Origin: Candidatus Marinacidobacterales bacterium
GTDB lineage: Bacteria; Acidobacteriota; Vicinamibacteria; Marinacidobacterales; DATDRI01
Length of the DNA: 64,000 nucleotides
Direction: 5' to 3'
Assembly: GCA_965219415.1 (NCBI GenBank)
Contig: CBDCNP010000002.1
Span: 4,352,001-4,416,000 of the forward strand
The notes under the pieces were generated by a model. That model was given only the letters and a program-made list of their open reading frames with translations. It was not told where the DNA came from and did no database searches. A program made the translations under genes and the position numbers. Of this stretch, positions 54,988 to 64,000 are shown piece after piece (positions within the stretch are counted from its first letter, which is position 1; every line of letters begins with the position of its first letter).

Positions 54988-56247
54988 TGAAGTGACCCCG
55001 CTTTCGTGGACAGGTTAAGAGTTAGGGATCAAGCGTCGCGATAGTACCTCCTTTCGAATTGGATAGGCGAGCAATAGTCGATGGCGGAGTGTCGTCGTCG
55101 CGGGTTGTACCAGCCTTCGATGAAATCGAAGGTCGCCATGCGCGCCTCAGCGTGGTAGCGAAACGACCGGCGCTCGATCAGCTCGCACTCGAGCGTCGCG
55201 AAGAAGCTCTCGCACATCGCATTGTCGTAACAGTCCCCGACCGAACCCATCGACGGTCGCACCCCGGCCTCCCGGCATCGCTGGCCGAACGCTAGTGACG
55301 TGTACTGCGTGCCCTGGTCCGAGTGATGGATGACGTCGCCGGGCTTGCGTTGGAACAGCGCCATGTCGAGGGCGCTCAAGACGAGCGACGTCCGCAGGTG
55401 GGTAGCCATTGCCCATCCGACGATGCGTCGGCTGAAGGCGTCCAGCACGACGGCGAGGAACAAGAAGCCCGACCACGTGGGCACGTAGGTGATATCGGCG
55501 ACCCACAGGCGGTCGGGCCGGTCCACCTCGAAATTCCTGTCGACGAGATCGGGGGCGGGACGGGCGTCGTCACAGCGAATCGTAGTGTGCGCCCTCTTGC
55601 GCCGGTGAACACCTTGAATGCCAGCCTCGCGCATCAGCCGCGCTACACGCTTGCGTGAGACGTGGAGCTCGTGTGTCTCTCGTAGCTCGTGGAGAATCCT
55701 CGGCGCGCCGTACGTGCTCCGCGACGCGGTGTGAATCGCCCGGATCTTCTCAAGCAACTCCGCATCCGACACCGCGCGGGCCGACGGGGCACGCTCAAGC
55801 CACGCATAGTAGCCGCTGGCGGAGACGTCCAGCAGTCGGCACATCGTGGCAACCGGTAGTGAATCCTGGTTCGCCCTCACGAATCGGAAGGCTTCGGTGG
55901 TACCGACTCGGTCTCCCGAGCGAACCAGGCCGCGGCTTTTGAGAGGATCTCCCGCTCCAACCGTAGTTGACGGTTCTCCCGTCGCAGGCGGCGGAGCTCC
56001 GCACGCTCCTCACTCGTCAGACCGTCCTGCCTGCGACCCTCGTCGAGATCCGCCTGGTTCACCCAGTTCCGGATCGTCTGGCCCGAGGGCTCAAACTCTC
56101 GCGCCAGCTCTTCAGAGCCGCGGCCAGCTCGCACCAGCTCTACCATTTGGCGCCGGAACTCGGCCGCGTATCTGTTTCCCTGCTTTGACATCGTGGACTC
56201 CCCTGTCTCCCAAAGGATTAGGTGTCCACGAAAGCGGGTCAAGTCCA
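54988..56247 (-). mobile_element. IS3-family element A, complete (orfA 55877-56191, orfB 55029-55880)
   Basis: IRs; TSD TGG. Confidence 0.92.
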
Positions 56248-56316
56248 TGGGTTCGTTTGTGTTTTTGGACACGACGTGTTCTGACTAATGCTCGAGTGTT
56301 TTGAGCATCGCTTCCC

Positions 56317-57602
56317 TGTGCATCGTCAAAACTGCTCCGCCCACGAAATCAAGGACTTACGCTCCGCTTGAATTCCGGGCCGAAGACGGCGAAACTCCAC
56401 CGCTATGCTCGACGTTGTTGTCTTCCTCGTCTCACTTGGCGTCCGTGTCATTCGGGCGATGTGTCGGCGCCGCGCCGACCTGGTGTTGGAGAACGTCGCT
56501 TTGCGGCAGCAAGTGACGGCGCTGAAGAAAGAGCGCCCACGCCCACCGCTCGACGACACGGAACGGGCTTTCTGGGTTGCTCTTCGAGCTTCGTGGCCCG
56601 TGTGGGCGAGCCGCCTGCTCATCGTCCACGCGGACACCGTGGCCCGTTGGCATCGCGACCGATTCCGACGGTACTGGGCAAAGATGTCGCAGCGCTGCCA
56701 TCCCGGTCGGCCTCGGATTGATGCCGAGATTCGCCGCCTCGTCCGCACGATGGCGCAAGACGGCTGGGGGGCGCCACGCATCCATGCTGAACTCACCAAG
56801 CTCGGTTTCATCATCTCCGAGAGCACGGTGTCGCGATACCTGCCGCGGCATCCCGCGGAGCCCGATCAGCTGAAGCGATGGATGGCTTTCTTGCGCAACC
56901 ATAAAGACGATATCGCCGCCATGGATCTGTTCACCGTGCCCACCGCTTCGCTCCGGCTGCTGTACGGCTTCTTCGTCATCGAGCACGGCCGTCGGCACAT
57001 CGTTCACTTCAACGCCACGTTCCACCCGACGTCTGCTTGGGTTATTCAGCAACTGCGTGAGGCGTTTCCCTACGACACCGCTCCGAAATATCTCATCTTC
57101 GATCGCGACTTCATCTTTAGCGCTGCGGTCATCGAGTTCATCAAGGCAACGGGCACAAAACCCGTTCGCACTTCGTTTCGCAGCCCATGGCAAAACGGAA
57201 CCGCGGAGCGGTGGGTCGGCAGCTGCCGTCGCGAGCTCCTTGAGCACGTCGTGGTTCTCGGTGCATGTCATCTCATCCGGCTCGTGCGAGCTTACATCAG
57301 CTACTATCACGAGGACCGTTGCCACTTGGGGCTGAACAAGGACACACCGAGCTTGAGGGCGGTCACGCACCGACCGTCTCCTACGGCGAAAGTCGTCGCA
57401 CTGCCGCGAGTCGGTGGACTGCACCATCGATACGAGTGGCGAGAGGCAGCCTGAGTCAGCTTGGTCGCTCGCGTTATTCGGCTGGTCGCCGAGAAGTTCG
57501 TCCTCAGCACCTTCCCTCGCGCGCTGACCACGCTCTCCAGCATGTGCTCGAGGGCGCTCCGGGCCCTAGAGTCCAGTCCCGGATTAACAATGATGATGGA
57601 CA
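56317..57602 (+). mobile_element. IS481-like integrase-core IS, copy 3; CDS 56405-57454
   Basis: Near-identical to copies 1 and 2. Confidence 0.85.
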
Positions 57603-57744
57603 ACAGGACGGGATCGAAACCAGACCTACGGAGCGTACTTCGACAGTCGCGTCGACGGTCTCGGGATAGAGCAGGTCCTTACCGCCCCGCGCTCCCCGTG
57701 GCAGAATCCATTCGTCGAAAGGATGATCGGCTCCATTCGACGTG

Positions 57745-57943
57745 GGTGCTTGCGCTGTTTACTGTTGGTGATATGTACGCATCCCTTTGCAAAAGAGGCA
57801 CTTACGCTCCATTTAGCGCGCGGCGAAGGTCATAAGCGCTATTTTGACTGTAACTTAATGCGCCGTAAAGTCTTAGCGTCATCTTACCAACACTTGATGG
57901 CGGAAGCACCGGCTGGCCGCCAACACTTAATTGCGGAAGCACC
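57745..57943 (-). mobile_element. MITE copy 10 (57745-57910) plus IS1 left-end stub
   Basis: Full MITE followed by ggctggccgccaacacttaattgcggaagcacc. Confidence 0.85.
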
Positions 57944-58148
57944 CGCTGATGCCCAGGGTGCCGACTACAATAAGGATACCGTAACCGACCGCGCATCGCC
58001 CGACAGGGACCGCAACCCGCTGACCCGGGTCTCGTGCTGGGCGCGTCGGCCAAGGTCGCGGCGCCCTTGTGCAGAAGCGCCTACTTACAAGTTACTGGAA
58101 TCGCGGGTCTTGAGTCCGTTTGTGTTTTGGACACGACGGCCGTGGCGG

Positions 58149-58445
58149 TCATACGCGGTCGAGAATCCGGCGATACACTTCGCGCCGGTGGGCGACTCCT
58201 ACGACGTAGACGACGATTTCCGTCACGTGGACCTCGTATACGATTCGGTAATCTCCGATTCGGATGCGGTAGGCGTTCTCGCGCCCTCGCAGACGTCCAG
58301 CTCCGATGGGGATGGGGTCTTCGCCGAGCCCGTCGATGGTCGCCTTCGCCCGGTCGCGAATCTTGGTCGGCAGCTTCCGGAGCTCCTTGGGGATGGCGGC
58401 GTGAAGAAGGACCCTATACTTCGTCTCGGACCTCTTCCCACTCAA
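58149..58445 (-). CDS. relE: RelE/ParE-family toxin
   Basis: YRIRIGDYRIVYEV...VGVAHRREVY; start uncertain. Confidence 0.88.
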   Translation of the reverse strand: MSGKRSETKYRVLLHAAIPKELRKLPTKIRDRAKATIDGLGEDPIPIGAGRLRGRENAYRIRIGDYRIVYEVHVTEIVVYVVGVAHRREVYRRILDRV

Positions 58446-58614
58446 TCCACGGGCCGCGTCGACGTTGCTCGATCAACGCCAGATCCTCGGAATCTTCCAA
58501 CCACTGGGCGATCGCCTCTTGAACGACCGCCTGCGCTTTGAGACCGTGCTCTTCGCAATAACGGTCTAGCAACTTTTTCAGCTCTTCGTCGATGCGATGG
58601 GTGATCGTAGCCAT
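58414..58614 (-). CDS. RHH antitoxin
   Basis: MATITHRIDEELKKLLD...; acidic C-terminus; directly upstream of and overlapping the toxin. Confidence 0.8.
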   Translation of the reverse strand: MATITHRIDEELKKLLDRYCEEHGLKAQAVVQEAIAQWLEDSEDLALIEQRRRGPWIEWEEVRDEV

Positions 58615-58819
58615 GCAGGAAGGATAGACCAGTTTGCAAGTTATTGCAAGTTTTTACTTCCATAAGTGGCCCGAGTTCGACACCCACGACTTTCCGGAGC
58701 CGTCGGCCTTGAAGGCAGAGATGAGAGCGCAAACCAACGACGAAATCATGCAGGCATGGTGTCGGCAGACCGGAGACTAATCAAGTTCGGTGCGCGCGGA
58801 TGAATAAATAGAAGGCACA

Positions 58820-59064
58820 GCCGACGGGGCAACTGCTACGACAACGCCGTCATCGAGAGCTGGTTCTCCACGGTCAAGCACGAGCTTGAGGAGCATTTCC
58901 TCAGTTGCGGCGAGGCCAAGATGGCCCTCTTCGACTTCATCGAGGTATTCTACAACCAGAGACGACGACACTCGACCCTCGGCCAGGTCAGTCCGGCCGA
59001 GTTTGAACGACGGATGAGGACTTCGCCAGCTTAACTAAACCGTCTACGAAACCGGATCAAGCCC
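58820..59064 (+). pseudogene. IS3 orfB 3' fragment and right end (third IS3 type)
   Basis: GNCYDNAVIESWFSTVK, FYNQRRRHSTLG. The same end occurs at 46091-46164. Confidence 0.75.
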
Positions 59065-59066
59065 AG

Positions 59067-59365
59067 CTTTCCATGGCGCGCTTCAACGAGGAAAACTCCT
59101 CTGCGTACCTGGCCATGACGGAAAGCTCGCGGCTTTTGAATGTCGCCAGGAGAAGCGCCGTTTCGTTGATCTCCGGCCGCTTGAAGCGCGCAAGGTAGCC
59201 TTCCGCCGCCTTCTGCGCGGCAGCAATAACGTCTTGGGGGGTCTGCGACACTACATCCTTCGCCGCTTCCCGCGCGGCAGCGATAACGCCTTGGGAGGTC
59301 TGCGACGCTACATCCTTCGCCGCCTCCCGCGCGGCAGCGAGGATGTTTTTAATTTCTTCGTTCAT
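59067..59365 (-). CDS. Hypothetical protein with 19-aa tandem repeats (3' end cut by an IS3 end)
   Basis: AAAREAAKDVASQTSQGVI / AAAREAAKDVVSQTPQDVI / AAAQKAA. Confidence 0.5.
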
Positions 59366-59809
59366 GTTATTACCATGAAGCCTATGTCGGCGTCCGTTTC
59401 GCTGGCCCTGACGAGCTGTGTTACCTGGTCAAGCTGCGTGAAGTAATGGTGCGGCTGTGGCGAGTCGTCGCGGCACGCTGGCACCGGGACGCCGGGCAGG
59501 GCGAGGGCGAGATCGCCGATGGGAACGAACCCCGTCGTGTCCAAAAACACAAACGAACTCAAGACCGGCTAGCAACGCGCCCTCGTCGCAACACTTTAAG
59601 GTAGGCCACGCCTGTAAAGCCAACCCTCGGCTGCTGCCACGCTCGCTCTTGGTCTCCATGAGTCGGCGAACGGCATTGCCCCCTATTAATGTGGTAGCAG
59701 GATGGCTGGCTGTTCATCGGCCCATTGCGTCAGTCACCCTCTCAACTTGATAGTACCTGACAATACCCTAGCACGCTACCGAACCGTCTCACGCTAGAAT
59801 GGCTTCGTT

Positions 59810-60455
59810 ATGTCGAAACTGTACTTTCGGACTCTATGGGCCGGCGTCGCGTCGCCCTTTGCGGCAGCGGGTCTTGGCCTGTTCGTCTATCGGAGTCTGA
59901 CGCGCGCGAGCGCCGACAGGGACGCCGACTTCGTCTTCCGTCTCTCCATAGTCGCGATCGCGATGGCCTTGCCGGGCGTCATCACTCTCGTCCTCGCGCT
60001 TGCCGACCACCGCAAAGGAGCCTTCTCAACCGTGAGCAAGGTGGGCCTAATGCTCGGCATTCTGTCGCTCGGCCTCGTGTTCCTTCCGATTCGAGGCGTC
60101 GTCGAGCGCGCTACGCAGGCGCGGAACCTGGCGCTCAGTGACGTCGAGGCGCCGCCTTTCTCGACGGCGGACATCCACGGCAACACGCATCGTCTCGACG
60201 AGCATGGAGGAAAGGTCGTGCTCGTAAACGTTTGGGCGACCTGGTGCCCGCCGTGCCGCAGGGAAATGCCGGATCTCGACAAGCTCTATCAGGAGCGCAA
60301 GAAACAGGGATTCATGGTCTTCGGCCTCTCCACAGAGGACCTCGAAACGCAGCTCGACTTCGAAGAAAACGTCCTGTCGGTGAGCTACCCCCTCCTGACG
60401 ATCGAGGGGGACGTCCCCGAGATTTATCAGACGACGGCGCGATACCCCGCCAACT
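59810..60455 (+). pseudogene. Membrane-anchored TlpA-family disulfide reductase, C-terminally truncated
   Basis: VNVWATWCPPCRREMP. Cut just after YP by an rve right end (60456-60629). Confidence 0.85.
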
Positions 60456-60629
60456 CGTGAGGTCAAAATACTCATGCGGCTTCCCGATGGTAGAAACGGA
60501 GCAACCCGCCAAGCCGTTCACGGGAGCGCACCTTGCGCTCGGACTGAGGTAACGGGTCGCTGGCTGGGAACAGCAGCAGATTCTCCTTGCCTTGATGATT
60601 CCTCTCATGATGATAGTAGACGACGTACT

Positions 60630-62352
60630 CGTTTGGTCAAGAAATTCGTCCGTCACTTCGATCGCGTGGCACGACCCGAATACGGGTTGACACGGCCGTG
60701 TTACACGAATTACTCCGGCTCAACAAGGCTACGTGTGATCGCCGACCAATACAGGAATAGGCCGACGATACTGAGACTGCCGAAAATGAACACCGCTTCA
60801 AGGCGCCCAGACAGACCCCAAAACCAGAATGAGTCCTCGGTGCCTTCCAGGTATCGGACCAGATTATCGGCAAACGCCGCGAAGAAGAGCATCGAGCTCC
60901 AGTAGAGCGGGCCGTGATGCTGACCGAGTGGGTTGACTTCGTCCCGGGAGGGTCTTTCCCTGGCCTCAGCAAAGGACAGATAGCCAAAGCCCGTGACTAT
61001 GTAAGCGATATTGAAGCCGACAAAGATCAAGATGGGTAGTGATACTCGCCACCACGACCAGTCGCTGAAAACGGCCAGCTTAAGGAGTGCCACGATCAAA
61101 GTGAGGGCGCCGAAGACAAAGAACCCGGTGGTCTGAATTTCCTTCTCGCCGGCCGTGGCTCCAGTTTTCATGCCGCCTCTCGGTGGTAGTATCTCAGCAG
61201 CCCACCGAGCCTTTCCCGACAAAGGATTGGCCCTTCGCGGGGGCCGCTGCTTTCTACAGACGGAAAGAGAATGACGTTTTCCTTGCCTTGATGGTTCCTC
61301 TCTCCATGATAATGAGCGAGATAGGAAGCCAGACACCGTCTGAATGCTGGCTCGCCGAACAAGATCAGCTTCGATAGACTTCACAGACTTCACCCAGCGC
61401 TCCGCGAAGGAGTTCAAATTCGGGCTTCTCGCAGGCAGTTTGACGGTCTTGATACCCACCTCTTCGAGTGTCCGCTGAAACGACGCGCAGAATTTCGAGT
61501 CGCGATCGTGGATCAAGTAGCGGGTCGAGCAAAGAAAGCCGACATCCGCCATGGTCACATTCCGGACCACTTGGGTCATCCACCTTTCGTCTGGATAGGG
61601 TGTGATACCGGCAATATGAACGCGTCGCGTAGCCAGGTGTATGAAGAATAAAACGTAGTAGGTGACCAGCCCGGACTTCGTCCACACCTCCGCGGTGAAG
61701 AAATCCGTTGCCGCAAGGACGTCCATGTGCGAGCGGATGAACTCGTTCCACGTCGTTGTCTTTTCTCGCTCCGGCGCGGGCGGTATACTGTGGCGCTTCA
61801 GTATGTTGCCGACGGTTTGGTCGCTCGCTCGATACCCGAGGTTCGCCATGGCCCCGGCAATGCGATCATAGCCCCACGATCGGTTCTCTCTCGCGAAGCG
61901 GATAATCAGCTGTTCGATCTTTTCGTCGATTCGTGGTCGCCCCGGATACGTCCGGTTCTTGGAACCGTCGAACTTCCTGGCGATGAGCTTGCGGTGCCAC
62001 CCGAGAATCGTATCGGGCCTGACGATACTCGCTACCTCTTCGAGCGCGCGCTTGCCGAGCTGTTTTCCGATCTCCGCCAAGGTTCTCCGCTCACCATCGG
62101 TCAGGCGCAAACGGCCTTGCAGCTGATCTCGAAGAATACGATTCTCGGTAACGAGGTACTCGTTGCGCAGGAGCAGTTCTCGGTCGACCGATCCCGTGAT
62201 GTACGCCAGCATTGTCTTCCAGTCCATTGTGTCTCCCCGGAGAACTAGAGTAAGTACCTGACCACGACCTGTGATTCAACCGGTCTAACAGACCGAGGCC
62301 AAGCCCTCTCAAACTGGCCTACGGGAGCGCGTTTGAGTTTATTGACCAGACG
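60630..62352 (-). mobile_element. Diverged rve IS carrying a passenger gene; transposase 61168-62227 frameshifted near 61380
   Basis: IR cgtttggtcaagaaattc / gagtttattgaccagacg. Confidence 0.7.
60710..61171 (-). CDS. Small 4-TM membrane protein (passenger)
   Basis: ATGA-coupled to the transposase stop; four hydrophobic segments; DWSWWRVSLP. Confidence 0.65.
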   Translation of the reverse strand: MKTGATAGEKEIQTTGFFVFGALTLIVALLKLAVFSDWSWWRVSLPILIFVGFNIAYIVTGFGYLSFAEARERPSRDEVNPLGQHHGPLYWSSMLFFAAFADNLVRYLEGTEDSFWFWGLSGRLEAVFIFGSLSIVGLFLYWSAITRSLVEPE

Positions 62353-62530
62353 GGCTTTAAATCACTGTAGTACAAGAGGATAGAACGACGTGGGCACCAG
62401 GGCTTCTCTGAGTTTTCGCTACATTGCCCCTGTGCCTTCTATTTATTCATCCGCCAGCCCATGGGTCGGAAGTCAGCCCTGCGGCGCGAAATACCCTGGA
62501 TTCTGCGCGGATTCCAAGGGCGTCTAAGCT

Positions 62531-62696
62531 GGTGCTTGCGCTGTTTACTGTTGGTGATGTGTACGCATCCCTTTGCAAAAAAGACACTTACGCTCCATTT
62601 AGTGCGCAGCGAAGATCACGAGAGCCATTTTGGATGTAACTTAATGCACTGTAAAGTCTTAGCGTCATCTCACCAACATTTGATAGCGGAAGCACC
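62531..62696 (-). mobile_element. 166-bp IS1-type MITE (copy 11)
   Basis: Termini and interior conserved. Confidence 0.85.
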
Positions 62697-62779
62697 CCCT
62701 TGCCTGAGTCAAAACGGATTCGCGCACCAACATCGTAAAACAGTGGAGTAAGCCCAGCCCCTTTTCGATTAGCAATTGT

Positions 62780-64000
62780 TTAGAAGAAACGCATGGAGTA
62801 GGTGAACTTGACCCCCCGACCGATCTGGGGCGCAAAGTCCTTGATGAACGAGGTGTGGTTCCGATGGAGCTCGTTGGTCAAGTTATAGGCCCGCACCGAA
62901 AAGATCTGTGCCATGTGCGAGCGAGCCAGGGTGTAGTTCACGTTGATGTTTAGCACGGTGTAGCCATCGGTAGGGGTCTCGGTGAGCGCCACCTTGTTCT
63001 GCTTCCCAGCGAACACTACCTCCGGCACGACGGCGAGCCCCTTGTAGGGGACCTCCACCTGCACACGCCCGTGGAGTGATGGGATTCGGGGAAGGAACTC
63101 ATCGATCGCAGTCAGCTTCGCCTCTGTGTAGCCAGCCGAAGCCTTAACCCAAAGATAATCCGTCAACCGAACGCTTCCTGCCGCATCGAAACCGACGAAG
63201 CGGCTGTCTCCCTGAACGAACGGGCTCAACCGCAGGCCGTCCGCCTCCTGATCGGTTGCGGCGGCGAAGACGAAGTTGTCGATATCGTAGTAGTAGAAAT
63301 TGACTTCTCCGGAGGCGTCGTTCGAGCCGCTCTTGAGACTCAGGTCCACTCCCAAGCTCGACTCACGGTCAAGGGTAGGATTTCCGATCTCGAAGGCCAA
63401 ATTCCCTACGTGCGAGCCGAAGTTGTAAAGCTCTTCAAGCGCAGGTGCGCGGTAGGAACGCGTGAGATTGGCCACGAAGGCTGCAGAGCTCGTGAGGTCG
63501 TATCGAATGCCAATCGACCCCGAAACGCCGGTGAAGGTTCGGGGGATGGCCGGAGGGGCTTCGAGATCGAGGTTCTCCTCTTCTTCGTGTTCACTCTCTC
63601 CTTCATCGTGCTCGCTTTCTTCCTCTTCGTGCTCACCGTCCTTCTCATCGTGGCCGTGATCGCTCTCCTGCCGCATTGCGGGGTTATAGTTGTTATGCTC
63701 GAAACGGGCTCCGAACTGAAGGGCGGCAGACGGGCCCAGCTTCAGTTCCTCGTACGCGAAGGCCGCAAACGCCGTTTGGGTCGTGGGTGGCGCGAGCGCC
63801 TCCTCGCCAATCACGTTGTAGTCTCGGTTCTTTGTCCAAACGCCGAACTTGCCGCTGAGACGTGCCACGGGATTCTGTTCGAACTCGGCGCGAAGAAGGT
63901 AGACGTTGTTGTCGAAGGATGTTCCAACCGTTGAGTCACCGGCAATGGTCTCGACCTCGTCGTGGGCATAGTCCACCAAAGTAAAAACGACTCGAAGTTC
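62780..64000 (-). CDS. TonB-dependent receptor, C-terminal barrel (ZnuD-like; starts outside the window)
   Basis: YRAPALEELY, IGNPTL, NLTN, C-terminal Phe, His/Glu-rich loop. Confidence 0.88.
   Translation of the reverse strand, partial: ELRVVFTLVDYAHDEVETIAGDSTVGTSFDNNVYLLRAEFEQNPVARLSGKFGVWTKNRDYNVIGEEALAPPTTQTAFAAFAYEELKLGPSAALQFGARFEHNNYNPAMRQESDHGHDEKDGEHEEEESEHDEGESEHEEEENLDLEAPPAIPRTFTGVSGSIGIRYDLTSSAAFVANLTRSYRAPALEELYNFGSHVGNLAFEIGNPTLDRESSLGVDLSLKSGSNDASGEVNFYYYDIDNFVFAAATDQEADGLRLSPFVQGDSRFVGFDAAGSVRLTDYLWVKASAGYTEAKLTAIDEFLPRIPSLHGRVQVEVPYKGLAVVPEVVFAGKQNKVALTETPTDGYTVLNINVNYTLARSHMAQIFSVRAYNLTNELHRNHTSFIKDFAPQIGRGVKFTYSMRFF

Noticed and set aside
3210-62696. Dispersed repeats read as a CRISPR array or integron attC cassette array
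   Set aside because: Spacing is irregular (0.5-19 kb), orientation is mixed, termini are IS1-type, and there is no cas gene or IntI.
1-64000. tRNA/rRNA, prophage structural genes, reverse transcriptase, TnpB/IscB
   Set aside because: No supporting motifs recognised by eye; a covariance/HMM scan was not possible.

Overview
A GC-rich bacterial window. The HU, TonB receptor, GT-C and glycine-zipper proteins look Acidobacteriota-like (inference only). It is an extreme insertion-sequence mosaic: roughly half is IS1-, IS3-, IS5-, IS91-, IS110-, IS256-, ISL3- and rve/IS481-like elements, their solo ends and several MITE families, including 11 full copies of a 165-168 bp IS1-type MITE. Among them lie intact and fragmented defence-type genes: an N6-MTase plus HNH pair, a SEFIR/TIR protein, a NucS-like nuclease, a HEPN protein with partner, RelE-RHH, a truncated type ISP/IIG RM enzyme, and fragments of SAVED, NACHT, GHKL, IetA-like AAA and MmeI-like genes. 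A few metabolic and envelope genes are also present. Best leads: (1) an IS110/IS1111 element whose right non-coding end shows readable bridge-RNA-like guides against the terminal repeat of the co-resident IS1 element, and which sits in exactly that site; (2) an MTase with an antitoxin-like C-terminal tail translationally coupled to an HNH nuclease; (3) a ~28 kb segment bounded by inverted MITE-terminated repeats that carries the defence genes and appears to split one transposase gene. All family calls come from reading motifs by eye; no database search was run, and coordinates were counted by hand.
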